DNA of 42,075 nt from Candidatus Eiseniibacteriota bacterium (GCA_031366795.1 JANLOX010000072.1:1-42075); one strand, 5' to 3'; numbered from the stretch's first letter, positions 28,449 to 36,757 are shown. Program-made: numbers and translations. The notes: generated by a model from the letters alone, not told the origin.

Positions 28449-29792
28449 ATGCCCAACGACAGTTCCGATAAGAAGCCGCGCCGCGGCCCCCAGAAGCCGC
28501 TGCGCTCCGGGACCGGCCGCCCGTTCCGCCCGCGTCCGCGAGATGAAGCTGCACCTCCCCGTCCCGCGCGCGATTCGCGTCCGCGGGGTGAGAAGGGTGC
28601 ACGACCCGCGAGCGAGGGTGCGCCGAGAGAGCGCGCCGACAGCCCGCGTCCCGTCAGTAACCGGCCGCGCGGAGCTGGAGCCCCGGCGCGCCGCGAGGGT
28701 GGACGGCCAGCGTTCCGCGACGGCGGCGCACCGCGCCGTGGCAGCGGCCCGCCGCGTGGCGAGCGAAGTGGGCCTCCGCGTGATCGCGCGGGACAGGGCG
28801 ACCTGCCGGAGCCGGGCGAGGGCGATGCGCGTTTCGACCGCGGTTCTAGCGGTCGCGAGGGCTCTCGTGATCGAGGATTCCGCGGTGATTCACGGCGCAC
28901 GCGGACGTTTGATTCAGGCCGTGGAGCGCCCAAGCGCTACAGCAAACAGAAGCCGCGACCCAAGGGTCCGCCGCGCCCAGAGCCCACCCGTCATCCGGAA
29001 CGCGCCGCGGTGCTCGGTGGCCGCCGCGCGCCGCTCGAGGTCGTTGCGTTGCCCGAGGCGTGGCTCGCAACCCGGGATGACCAAGGCCGTTTCGAGGCCA
29101 GCGCACTGTTGCAGCATGCCGAGTGGGCCGCGTTGGTGCCGAGCATCGAACGCGCAGGGGCTGACGTCGCGGCCGCGCTACCGCGGCTGGCCGAGTACAT
29201 CGCGGCTGTCATTGGCTGGAACCGCACCGTCTCGAACTTGATCTCGCGCAGCGATGAGTCGCGGCTCGTCTCGCGCCATCTCGCGGAATCTCTCGAGCCG
29301 GCAGGCTGGCTCAAGGAATTCAAGGCGAAGCAGTGGATTGACCTTGGGAGCGGCGCGGGATTCCCAGCGTTACCGCTTGCGATTGTTGGAATTGGCAAGA
29401 ATTGGCTGCTCGTCGAATCGCGCCGGCCCAAGACGCTCTTCCTGCGTCGCGTGACGCAGGACCTTCGGCTCACGAACGTCCAGGTCGCGCACGCGCGGCT
29501 CGAAGATGTGCTGCAGAACGAATCCGAGGGTGACCCGAGCACCGAGGTCATACGTGTGGGAGGCTTCCCGTTCGACGCCTTCACCTCGCGGGCGACCCTG
29601 ACGTTGCCGCCCACGCTGGAGATGGCCGCGGCCTCCCTCAAGCCGGGCGGGCACGCCTTCCTGTGGAAGGGAAGCGGACGGACCGAGGAGAAGGCGGCCA
29701 ATCCCGAATGGGCCGAACATTGGGAAGAGGGCCGCGAGTTGGAGCTGGAATCTGGCCACATAGCGATCTGTAATTTTATCTTGCGCAGCTAA
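28449..29792 (+). CDS. rsmG: 16S rRNA m7G527 methyltransferase with ~190-aa R/G/P-rich N-terminal extension
   Basis: WNRTVSNLIS, RHLAESL, DLGSGAGFP, LVES..KTLFL, TSRA, LWKG; canonical position mnmG-rsmG-parA. Confidence 0.9.
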   Translation: MPNDSSDKKPRRGPQKPLRSGTGRPFRPRPRDEAAPPRPARDSRPRGEKGARPASEGAPRERADSPRPVSNRPRGAGAPARREGGRPAFRDGGAPRRGSGPPRGERSGPPRDRAGQGDLPEPGEGDARFDRGSSGREGSRDRGFRGDSRRTRTFDSGRGAPKRYSKQKPRPKGPPRPEPTRHPERAAVLGGRRAPLEVVALPEAWLATRDDQGRFEASALLQHAEWAALVPSIERAGADVAAALPRLAEYIAAVIGWNRTVSNLISRSDESRLVSRHLAESLEPAGWLKEFKAKQWIDLGSGAGFPALPLAIVGIGKNWLLVESRRPKTLFLRRVTQDLRLTNVQVAHARLEDVLQNESEGDPSTEVIRVGGFPFDAFTSRATLTLPPTLEMAAASLKPGGHAFLWKGSGRTEEKAANPEWAEHWEEGRELELESGHIAICNFILRS

Positions 29793-29813
29793 TTGCGATG
29801 TTTTGTAATGAAT

Positions 29814-29829
29814 GGTTCCACGTGGAACA
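29814..29829. promoter_or_regulatory. parS site upstream of parA
   Basis: GGTTCCACGTGGAACA matches the palindromic parS consensus tGTTtCACGTGAAACa. Confidence 0.9.
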
Positions 29830-29923
29830 TTTGCTTTGGGCCACGCGGGTTGCGCTGCTATTCTGGCCCTCGATATCCCCTCGCCGTCTCCCTCCGAAGT
29901 GGTCATGGAGGTCCACTTAACCC

Positions 29924-30715
29924 ATGAGTATGTGCCGCGTTATTGCCATCGCCAGCCAGAAGGGCGGCGTCGGCAAGACAACGACTGCTATTAATCTTGG
30001 CGCTTGCTTGGCCCAAGAGGGGCGCCGCGTGCTGTTGATCGACATCGATCCCCAAGCGAACGCAACCAGCGGGATGGGCATCAGCGGCAACGATCGCCCC
30101 GCCGGGACTTACGAGGCGCTGCTGGGTGCCGTGCGGCCAAGCGAGGCGACGGCGACCACTCCTCTGGCAACGATGGATGTCATGCCGTCCGCTCAGAGAC
30201 TCTCGGGTGCCGAGATCGAGTTGGTGGGAGTCGACGGCTGGGAGAATCGCCTTCGATCCGTGATCGATGTGCTGCGGCTCCAATATGACTACATCTTGAT
30301 CGACGGCCCGCCCTCGCTCGGTGTGCTCACGGTAAATGCGCTGGTGGCCGCAGACTCGGTGCTGATTCCCCTGCAGTGCGAATACCTCGCGCTCGAGGGG
30401 CTCACCCAGCTGTTGTCCGCGATCCGTCGCGTCCAGGAAAAGCTGAATCCTGGCCTGCGCATCGAGGGTGTCCTGCTGACAATGTTCGACGCCCGGCTGA
30501 ACCTCTCGCAGCAGGTAGCCGACGAAGCGCGCCGTTTCTTCGCCGATCGTGTATATAAGAGCGTAATCCCGAGGAATGTTCGCTTGAGTGAGGCGCCCTC
30601 GTTCGGAAAACCAATCGTGCTCTACGATCCCAATAGTACCGGTGCAGAAAGCTACCGGGTCCTGGCTAGGGAGGTCATCGAACGTGCAGAGGAAAGTGTT
30701 GGGCCGCGGGCTTGA
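29924..30715 (+). CDS. parA: chromosome partitioning ATPase ParA/Soj
   Basis: QKGGVGKTTT, DIDPQANAT, IDGPPSLG, PLQCEYLALEG, IPRNVRLSEAPSFG. GGAGG RBS. Confidence 0.96.
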   Translation: MSMCRVIAIASQKGGVGKTTTAINLGACLAQEGRRVLLIDIDPQANATSGMGISGNDRPAGTYEALLGAVRPSEATATTPLATMDVMPSAQRLSGAEIELVGVDGWENRLRSVIDVLRLQYDYILIDGPPSLGVLTVNALVAADSVLIPLQCEYLALEGLTQLLSAIRRVQEKLNPGLRIEGVLLTMFDARLNLSQQVADEARRFFADRVYKSVIPRNVRLSEAPSFGKPIVLYDPNSTGAESYRVLAREVIERAEESVGPRA

Positions 30716-31556
30716 TGCCCTGATCAGCGGGAATTCAGGAAACTCAGGAAGTTCTCCCGCGGCGACCGCGCCTGAACCGGCGTCGTCCCTGGATATTCCG
30801 ATCGCTGAGGTCGGACCGAACCCGCACCAGCCCCGCTTGAGCTTCAATGACGACGCGATCAAGGAGCTTGCCGCGTCGATCAAGGCGAGCGGTGTCCTCC
30901 AGCCGATCGTTGTGCGTCGCGATCCGGCGGGCGGCTACCAGTTGGTGGCGGGCGAACGGCGACTCCGCGCGGCGACGTTTGCCGGGTTGAAGCAGATTCC
31001 GGCCATCGTCCGTGAAGTTCAGGACGAGCACATGCTCGAGTACGCGCTCATCGAAAACATCCAGCGCGAGAACCTGAACCCGATCGAAGAGGCGAAGGCC
31101 TATCATGGCCTGATGGAAAGCGTCGGGTTGACGCATGACCAGATCTCGGAGCGCGTCGGGAAGCAGCGCGCCTCGGTCACCAATGCCATCCGATTGCTCA
31201 CGCTTCCCGTTGAAGTACAGGACATGGTTTCACGTGGAACATTGTCCGCAGGACATGCGCGAGCCATTCTGGCGCTTGATACTACGGGCGAAATGCTCGG
31301 TGTTGCGAAGTATGTCAGCACGAAGGGATTCTCCGTTCGGAGGACCGAAGCGTTCGTGCGGCGCAGGCAGCGGAAGCAGCACACGCGTCCCGTCAAGAAC
31401 AAGCTCGGCGGCCTCGAGGAGTGGGAGACCAAGCTTCAGCAGAAGTTCGGCACGCAGGTCGCCATCTCATCGAAACGGAAGGGCGGCGCTGTCCAATTCG
31501 AATTCTACAGCCAGGAAGATCTTGAACGCTTGCTGGAGGCCTGGGGAGTTCTCTAG
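30684..31556 (+). CDS. parB: chromosome partitioning protein ParB/Spo0J
   Basis: GTG 30684 after GGAGGT; LGRGLDALI, NPHQPR, GVLQPIVVR, AGERRLRA, ENIQRENLNPIEEA. Confidence 0.96.
   Translation: MQRKVLGRGLDALISGNSGNSGSSPAATAPEPASSLDIPIAEVGPNPHQPRLSFNDDAIKELAASIKASGVLQPIVVRRDPAGGYQLVAGERRLRAATFAGLKQIPAIVREVQDEHMLEYALIENIQRENLNPIEEAKAYHGLMESVGLTHDQISERVGKQRASVTNAIRLLTLPVEVQDMVSRGTLSAGHARAILALDTTGEMLGVAKYVSTKGFSVRRTEAFVRRRQRKQHTRPVKNKLGGLEEWETKLQQKFGTQVAISSKRKGGAVQFEFYSQEDLERLLEAWGVL
31226..31241. promoter_or_regulatory. second parS site, inside parB coding sequence
   Basis: GGTTTCACGTGGAACA, with the same ATGGTTYCACGTGGAACATT context as 29812-29831. Confidence 0.88.
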
Positions 31557-31633
31557 GTCCGCAGCGCTGGAGAACCCCAGCGCTCACCCGGCACGGCGCA
31601 CCATTGGTTGCGGCTCTCATGGAAGGGGCGCAG

Positions 31634-32041
31634 ATGAAGTTCTTGAACAGAAGCAACGGTCAGCCCGAGACGGCGCAGGTTCCCAACACTGTGATCGGTG
31701 TAGGTTCAAACTTCCGCGGCACACTGATGGTCGCGGGGACGCTCCGCATCGAAGGCGAGATGGATGGTGACATTCTCAACTGCGAACGACTCGAAGTCGG
31801 TGAGCACGGCGTCATGCGCGCGGACATCGAGGTCAAGGAAGCCTTGATCGAAGGCCGCGTGTTCGGCAACATCCGCGCGCTTGGAACAATTGAACTGAGG
31901 GCCGGTGCCCGCATCGAGGGCGACATCTGGGCCCTGAGTGTTGTCATGGAACCTGGCGTGTTCTTCACGGGCCGCTGCACCATGCTCGATGCCGGCGCCG
32001 AGAGCGTACAGATGGGACAGGATTACGCACGGACGCGGTGA
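31634..32041 (+). CDS. bactofilin (polymer-forming cytoskeletal protein)
   Basis: TVIG..SNFRGTL...LRIEGEMDGDI...VGEHGVMRADI...IEGRVFGNI...GDI...MEPGVFFTGRC beta-helix pattern. Confidence 0.92.
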   Translation: MKFLNRSNGQPETAQVPNTVIGVGSNFRGTLMVAGTLRIEGEMDGDILNCERLEVGEHGVMRADIEVKEALIEGRVFGNIRALGTIELRAGARIEGDIWALSVVMEPGVFFTGRCTMLDAGAESVQMGQDYARTR

Positions 32042-32078
32042 TGCACTTAACGAAATCGCGTAAAACATTATTGTTGCC

Positions 32079-33524
32079 ATGTTTGTCGTGACTGCTGCCC
32101 GCGCTTCTCATCGTGGGTCATCACGGCTAGCGCTGGTCACAGTGACGGTGGCCGCACTCGCGCTGCTGATGGCGCGCCCGATGGAAGCCGCTCCACGGAG
32201 CCCCTCACCGGCCCGAACCCAGTTTCCTGCCGGGAGCACGCAGCTCGGCATCGAGAATCTGGAAGGCGTCGTCCTCATGCCGGCGATCCTGCGCGGCCAC
32301 GGCGGTCGCGACACGACTGGGTTGCTGGTTGTGGACACCGGTGCCGGATTCCTGGGGCTGGATGTCCCGCTCGCGAGACGCCTCGGAATCATCGGGCCCG
32401 ATGAAAACCCGAGTGGCGTATCGCTATCGCCGACAGCGCTGCCACGCCTCGAACTTGGATCCGCCCAGCTCGATGCGATTGCCCCGATCCTGTTGCTCGA
32501 TGCCGAAGTGATCCGCCGTGCCACGGGCCGCAACGTATTGGGGCTCGCAGGCCAGGGTGTTTTCGCCGGGCGAGCCGTGTGGATCGACTACGAAGCACGA
32601 CACCTCGTGTTCGTCGCTTCGCCGCCTGGGTATGGCGCCATGAGCCCGCACCACGCGGACTCGCTCGAAACAGCGGCGACTGACACGAGTGCGTTCGCGG
32701 AACGCAATACAGGACGAAACGCCCGAGCCGCGCGCTCGCGATTGCTGTTGTCCCCGCTGCTCTCGGACGCAGCGCGGGCAATTCCATTCCATCTCGCCGG
32801 TGACCACAAGATCGTGATCCACGGCCGCTTCCGCGAGAGCGCAGCTGCAGCGCCAAGCTCATGGTTGGACTTGGTGTTCGACACCGGCGCAACGAAGAGC
32901 GTGTTGTTCGAATCACCGCTGCGAGCCGCGTACCCGGCCGCGGATCATTGGAGGTCGGTCGCGGGCCTCGTCGCGCCCACGCTCACGGGAAACGCAACGG
33001 CGCGCATCGCATTGGCGCCTGTGTTCGAACTCGAATCAACGCAGCCGCTCGTGCCGCTGCAGCGATCGCGCGTCGACTGCGCCGTGATCAACTCGGACCT
33101 CGCGGAACAACTATCGAGCGCCACGGGTGGTTTCATCGTGGGCCTGGTCGGCTACTCATTCTTCAAGCAGTACCGCGTCGCGGTCGACTACCCGAATCGC
33201 GTGCTCTGGCTCGATCCCAATCCGAAGCGCCGGGGCACCGATCCCAATGCACGACCATTCGAGTATTCACACGCCGGACTGCAGCTCGAACGTGACGGGG
33301 AAAGCATCCGCGTCCTTGGGCTCGCCGTGGATTCGCCCGCCCATCATGCGGGTATCGCCGTGGGTGATACGTTGGTCGCAGTAGGCAAGCGGGCCGTCAG
33401 TGCGAGTGAGTTGAGCCGCGCAAGCGCCCTGCTGGAGGGCCGCCCGGGAACCATCGTCCGCATCACACTACGACGTGACGGCGTGCTACGCAGCTATCGA
33501 CTCGTGCGAAAGCAGTTGCTCTAG
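32079..33524 (+). CDS. exported aspartyl protease with two retropepsin-like lobes and a PDZ domain
   Basis: Signal/TM segment; VVDTGAG...GLAG and VFDTGAT...GLVG; PDZ (DSPAHHAGIAVGDTLVAVG). Confidence 0.85.
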   Translation: MFVVTAARASHRGSSRLALVTVTVAALALLMARPMEAAPRSPSPARTQFPAGSTQLGIENLEGVVLMPAILRGHGGRDTTGLLVVDTGAGFLGLDVPLARRLGIIGPDENPSGVSLSPTALPRLELGSAQLDAIAPILLLDAEVIRRATGRNVLGLAGQGVFAGRAVWIDYEARHLVFVASPPGYGAMSPHHADSLETAATDTSAFAERNTGRNARAARSRLLLSPLLSDAARAIPFHLAGDHKIVIHGRFRESAAAAPSSWLDLVFDTGATKSVLFESPLRAAYPAADHWRSVAGLVAPTLTGNATARIALAPVFELESTQPLVPLQRSRVDCAVINSDLAEQLSSATGGFIVGLVGYSFFKQYRVAVDYPNRVLWLDPNPKRRGTDPNARPFEYSHAGLQLERDGESIRVLGLAVDSPAHHAGIAVGDTLVAVGKRAVSASELSRASALLEGRPGTIVRITLRRDGVLRSYRLVRKQLL

Positions 33525-33556
33525 CACGCGCCGGCACCCTTAGCGTTCAAGCGCCA

Positions 33557-33826
33557 TCATGCCAATGTGCCCCGGCGCATGTTGTGTTGAGCGATCTAAA
33601 CCTTGCATCCCACGCGTCGTGTGCGCGAGGTGTTTCACAACTTGCCCCGCGCTAGCGAATCAGTAGTACACGTTTCACGACAACACTCCGGCTCAACACC
33701 GGAGCGCGTTTCGTTTGAGTGGCGTTTCACAACTTGCCCCGGGGCAAGTTGTGTTGAATGGCCCCACTTTTTTATTGGAGCGAGTCGCGTGGATGCGAGC
33801 CGCTAACTTGTTGCCCGGGCAGGAGT
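33557..33826. repeat. cluster of 3-4 related palindromic repeats (consensus GTTTCACAACTTGCCCCGGGGCAAGTTGTGTTGA)
   Basis: Perfect 26-bp palindrome at 33728-33753; degenerate copies at 33563-33590 (4 mismatches in 28), 33632-33652 (left arm) and about 33805-33826. Confidence 0.8.
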
Positions 33827-34016
33827 GGTCGCGCACAGCAAGCGCACGCACGCCTACCCGCCGAACTGCCGAGACCTCCGCGACGACGCTGGGTGCCGAA
33901 ACTAGAGTTGCGATGCCGTCAGCGCCCCCGCGGCGAATGGTCCCGACCAAAAGTTGTTGACGCGGGCAAACGTGCCCCGACGTCCGAGTCGCGTCACTCC
34001 CGTGACGACCCGCCGC

Positions 34017-34478
34017 TCACCCAGCCGCGGCGAGCTCTTCGGGCGCACCATGAAGCACTCGCAACCTGGCCCGCACTGGTCCCAGCCGCGTCTGTCCGAC
34101 GAGTTCGATGGAGTAGCGCTCGTCCCACAGCAGGTTACTGCGCAGCCACACGCGCAATTCAGGGAAGCGCGCCATCAACGACATCCCCGTGCTACCCTTG
34201 AGTTCACGCACTGCGCTCGCTACGCTTTGCGTTGGCTTGAGGCCCAGCAGGACATGAACGTGATCGGGGCCCGCGCACACTTCGAGCAACGGAATGCCGC
34301 GCTCCAGGCAGAGCTGGCGCAGGCCCGACTCGAGCGTCTGCGCGTGCCGCTCGCGCAATACCGGCTTGCGTCCACGCGTGCTCCAGGTGATGAGGTAGTG
34401 CAGTTGGGTCCTGTTGACCGGCTCCCACTGGCGAAGCAGCGAAGCCTGAACTGCGGGAGCCAGCATCGAGATCGACAT
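34017..34478 (-). CDS. IS200/IS605 TnpA (Y1 HUH)-family protein apparently lacking the catalytic tyrosine
   Basis: HYLITWSTRGRKPVL, PDHVHVLL (HUH), VRELKG, FPEL, LWDERY match Y1_Tnp; the YIxNQ helix position reads VRARLRVLH. AGGAGG RBS 6 nt before ATG 34478. No tnpB. Confidence 0.85.
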   Translation of the reverse strand: MSISMLAPAVQASLLRQWEPVNRTQLHYLITWSTRGRKPVLRERHAQTLESGLRQLCLERGIPLLEVCAGPDHVHVLLGLKPTQSVASAVRELKGSTGMSLMARFPELRVWLRSNLLWDERYSIELVGQTRLGPVRARLRVLHGAPEELAAAG

Positions 34479-34499
34479 GACACGCCTCCTGCGGGGTCG

Positions 34500-34514
34500 T
34501 GAACATTTGTGCAG
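34500..34514. promoter_or_regulatory. putative LexA operator upstream of the HUH gene
   Basis: TGAAC-ATTT-GTGCAG; one mismatch in the half-sites to TGCAC-N4-GTGCAG in the lexA promoter. Confidence 0.65.
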
Positions 34515-34526
34515 CAATGAGTGCTG

Positions 34527-34549
34527 AAAAAAGGGAGCGACACGCTCCC
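34527..34549 (-). terminator. intrinsic terminator downstream of lexA
   Basis: Minus-strand GGGAGCG-UGU-CGCUCCC followed by UUUUUU. Confidence 0.75.
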
Positions 34550-34613
34550 CTGATATCGCGCGGCGGGCGAGACCGCGCTACCACGAGCTCAACAGAGCTC
34601 CGCCGCTGTTGAA

Positions 34614-35210
34614 TTAAATCACTCTGAGCACACCCTTCACGGCGCCGAGAATACGGAACTCGGTGTCGCGATCGACCACGATCGGCTTGTACTTCACGTT
34701 GGCGGCGACCAGTTCAATGCGATCGCGCTTGGGCTGGTAGTACTTCACCGTCGCTTCGTCCTCGAGCAGCGCTACCACGATCTGGCCGGCGTTCGCGCGT
34801 TCTTGCTGGCGGACCACGACGAAATCGCCTTCGTGGATGCCCGCGTCGATCATGCTGTCGCCGCGAACCTTTAGCGCGAACATCCCTGACGTGTCGCCGA
34901 ACATTTCTTCGGTGGCCAAGCGACCTTCGAAATTTTCATCGGCGAGGATCGGCTGGCCTGCTGCGACACGACCGAGAATCGGGATTCCCAACAACGGCTT
35001 CGGGGCTGCCGTCAGGATGTCGATTCCGCGCGAGAGCTTGCTCGTCCGCTTGAGGTGTCCGGCCTTCTCGAGCATCTCGAGGTAGTAGCGGACGCCATTC
35101 GTCGAGGTGATCTCGAACGCCTCGCCGATCTCGCGGATGGTCGGCGGGTAGCCGTTCTCGCGCGAGAAGTTCTGGAGGTACGTCAGGATCTCTTTTGCCC
35201 GTTCATTCAT
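34614..35210 (-). CDS. lexA: SOS transcriptional repressor
   Basis: GYPPTIREIG...STNGVRYYL wHTH, GRVAAG cleavage site, GDSM (Ser), ATVK (Lys). GAAGGAGA RBS before ATG 35210. Confidence 0.96.
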   Translation of the reverse strand: MNERAKEILTYLQNFSRENGYPPTIREIGEAFEITSTNGVRYYLEMLEKAGHLKRTSKLSRGIDILTAAPKPLLGIPILGRVAAGQPILADENFEGRLATEEMFGDTSGMFALKVRGDSMIDAGIHEGDFVVVRQQERANAGQIVVALLEDEATVKYYQPKRDRIELVAANVKYKPIVVDRDTEFRILGAVKGVLRVI

Positions 35211-35267
35211 GGATGCGATGTCTCCTTCGCAGCGGGCGGACCCGCGCGTGTTCCTAGCACGGCGCAA

Positions 35268-35297
35268 ACCATACTGCACGTCCGTGCAGTTGGTCAA
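35268..35297 (-). promoter_or_regulatory. lexA promoter with palindromic SOS box in the spacer
   Basis: TTGACC (35292-35297), 18 nt spacer, TATGGT (35268-35273); ACTGCAC-GTCC-GTGCAGT at 35273-35290. Confidence 0.8.
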
Positions 35298-35711
35298 GGG
35301 ATTCATTTTGGTGGCATTAGTGGGGATCTTGCCGCCCGCGAGCGGCCGATTGCAGGCCCCGCTCGCTAACTCCAACAACCGACAACTGCGGCGTCGAAGT
35401 TCGGTCGCGCGTTGGCGGCGGCGCGACGCGGTCGCACGACGCGCGACCGCTGCCCTCATGAAAATACCACCGCATTCCCAATGAAGACGCATTCGCGCGC
35501 TCGCCGAGCACCGCGCAACCAAATTGGTCCATCGATTGCTCAGTTTATCGAGCGAGGCCGCAAGGTCTCGTACCACGACAGGCAAGGGGCGGTGGTTGGG
35601 AGCGTGGAGGTTGATCGCTATCGGGGGCCGATCGGCTAAAGCAATCCCGCTTCCGCTGCCTTGTCGGTCGGGTAACTCGCACCCCGAGCACGATTCCGTT
35701 AGCTTGCGCGA

Positions 35712-36641
35712 ATGTCGTCGCCCACTTCGTCGCGACCGCGTCCCGCGACGCTGTTCGGCTCGCTTGCGCTCAACCTGCTGATCTCCAGCGGAACGTTCCT
35801 CGTCGCCAAGCAGGCGCTGACCGACTTCCCGCCGCTCGTGCTCGCACTGCTGCGCTTCTCGCTGGCGACCGCGGTGTTGTGGCCCGCGGTGCGGTTGCTC
35901 AAGCCCACGGAGCGCATCCGCCGCGAAGACTACCCGCGCGTCATGCTGCTCGGGTTGCTGGGCGTCCCGCTGAACCAGGGCTTGTTCCTCATCGGCATGA
36001 AGTGGGCGAGTGCTTCGCACGCCGCGTTGCTCTACGCGCTCACGCCCGCGTTCATGGTGATGATCTTTGCGGTGCGCGGACGCGCAGTGCCGAAACTCGC
36101 GCAGATCGCGGGTGTGCTCGTGGCCTTCGCGGGAGTGGCGCTGTTGCTGTTCCAGCGCGGGCTCCACTTCGACCGGCACTCCGTTCTGGGCGACCTGCTG
36201 GTGCTCGGCGCCGTGGTCGTCTGGGCGGCTTACCTGATCGCGGGCCGCTCGTTGTCGCGCCGCTACGGCCCCTTGCTCGTCACGGCCGAGGCGCTCAAAG
36301 CCGGCACGCTGATGTTCCTGCCCATCGGGCTCGTGGCGCTCCGGGGATTTCATCCGGCCGCCGTATCCACCCAGGGGTGGCTCGGACTGCTCTACCTCGC
36401 GCTGCTGACCTCGGTAGTCAACTACGTCCAATGGTTCTGGGCGCTCCAGTACCTGAAGGCCGCCACGGTGGGTATGCTGACGAACATCCAGCCGCTCGTC
36501 GCGGCCGGCATGGCATGGGTATTCCTGCACGAGGCGCTCCCCGGGGGATTCCTGATGTCGACGGCCCTTGTGTTGCTCGGCGTATGGCTCGCGCGCCAGG
36601 GCCCGGACGCGGCTAGCGGCGCCCCGAAGGCGCGAGCCTAG
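35712..36641 (+). CDS. EamA/DMT family transporter
   Basis: About 10 TM in two repeats; PPLVLALLRF, ASASHAALL, GDLLVLGAVVVWAAY, NIQPLVA. Confidence 0.9.
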   Translation: MSSPTSSRPRPATLFGSLALNLLISSGTFLVAKQALTDFPPLVLALLRFSLATAVLWPAVRLLKPTERIRREDYPRVMLLGLLGVPLNQGLFLIGMKWASASHAALLYALTPAFMVMIFAVRGRAVPKLAQIAGVLVAFAGVALLLFQRGLHFDRHSVLGDLLVLGAVVVWAAYLIAGRSLSRRYGPLLVTAEALKAGTLMFLPIGLVALRGFHPAAVSTQGWLGLLYLALLTSVVNYVQWFWALQYLKAATVGMLTNIQPLVAAGMAWVFLHEALPGGFLMSTALVLLGVWLARQGPDAASGAPKARA

Positions 36642-36757
36642 ACGCGGCGCCGCGCCGCGCACCTCCGTGCCGAACCCCGCCCCGCGCAGTTGCGCCGCCC
36701 GCGCCCTCCCCATAGTCTCTGCGGTCCGCCACTTGCACTCGCGGGTCGCGGCCTCCT

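Noticed and set aside
33557..33826. Bona fide CRISPR array
   Set aside because: Only 3-4 degenerate units, uneven period (75/92/76) and no cas genes in the window. Kept as a palindromic repeat cluster.
34017..34478. Active IS200/IS605 element or TnpB/OMEGA system
   Set aside because: No tnpB or iscB ORF, the catalytic Tyr appears to be missing, and no matching pair of IS end hairpins was recognised.
34614..36713. 699-aa LexA fusion in the ORF track
   Set aside because: The extension is the antisense shadow of eamA. The RBS, promoter and operator place the start at 35210.
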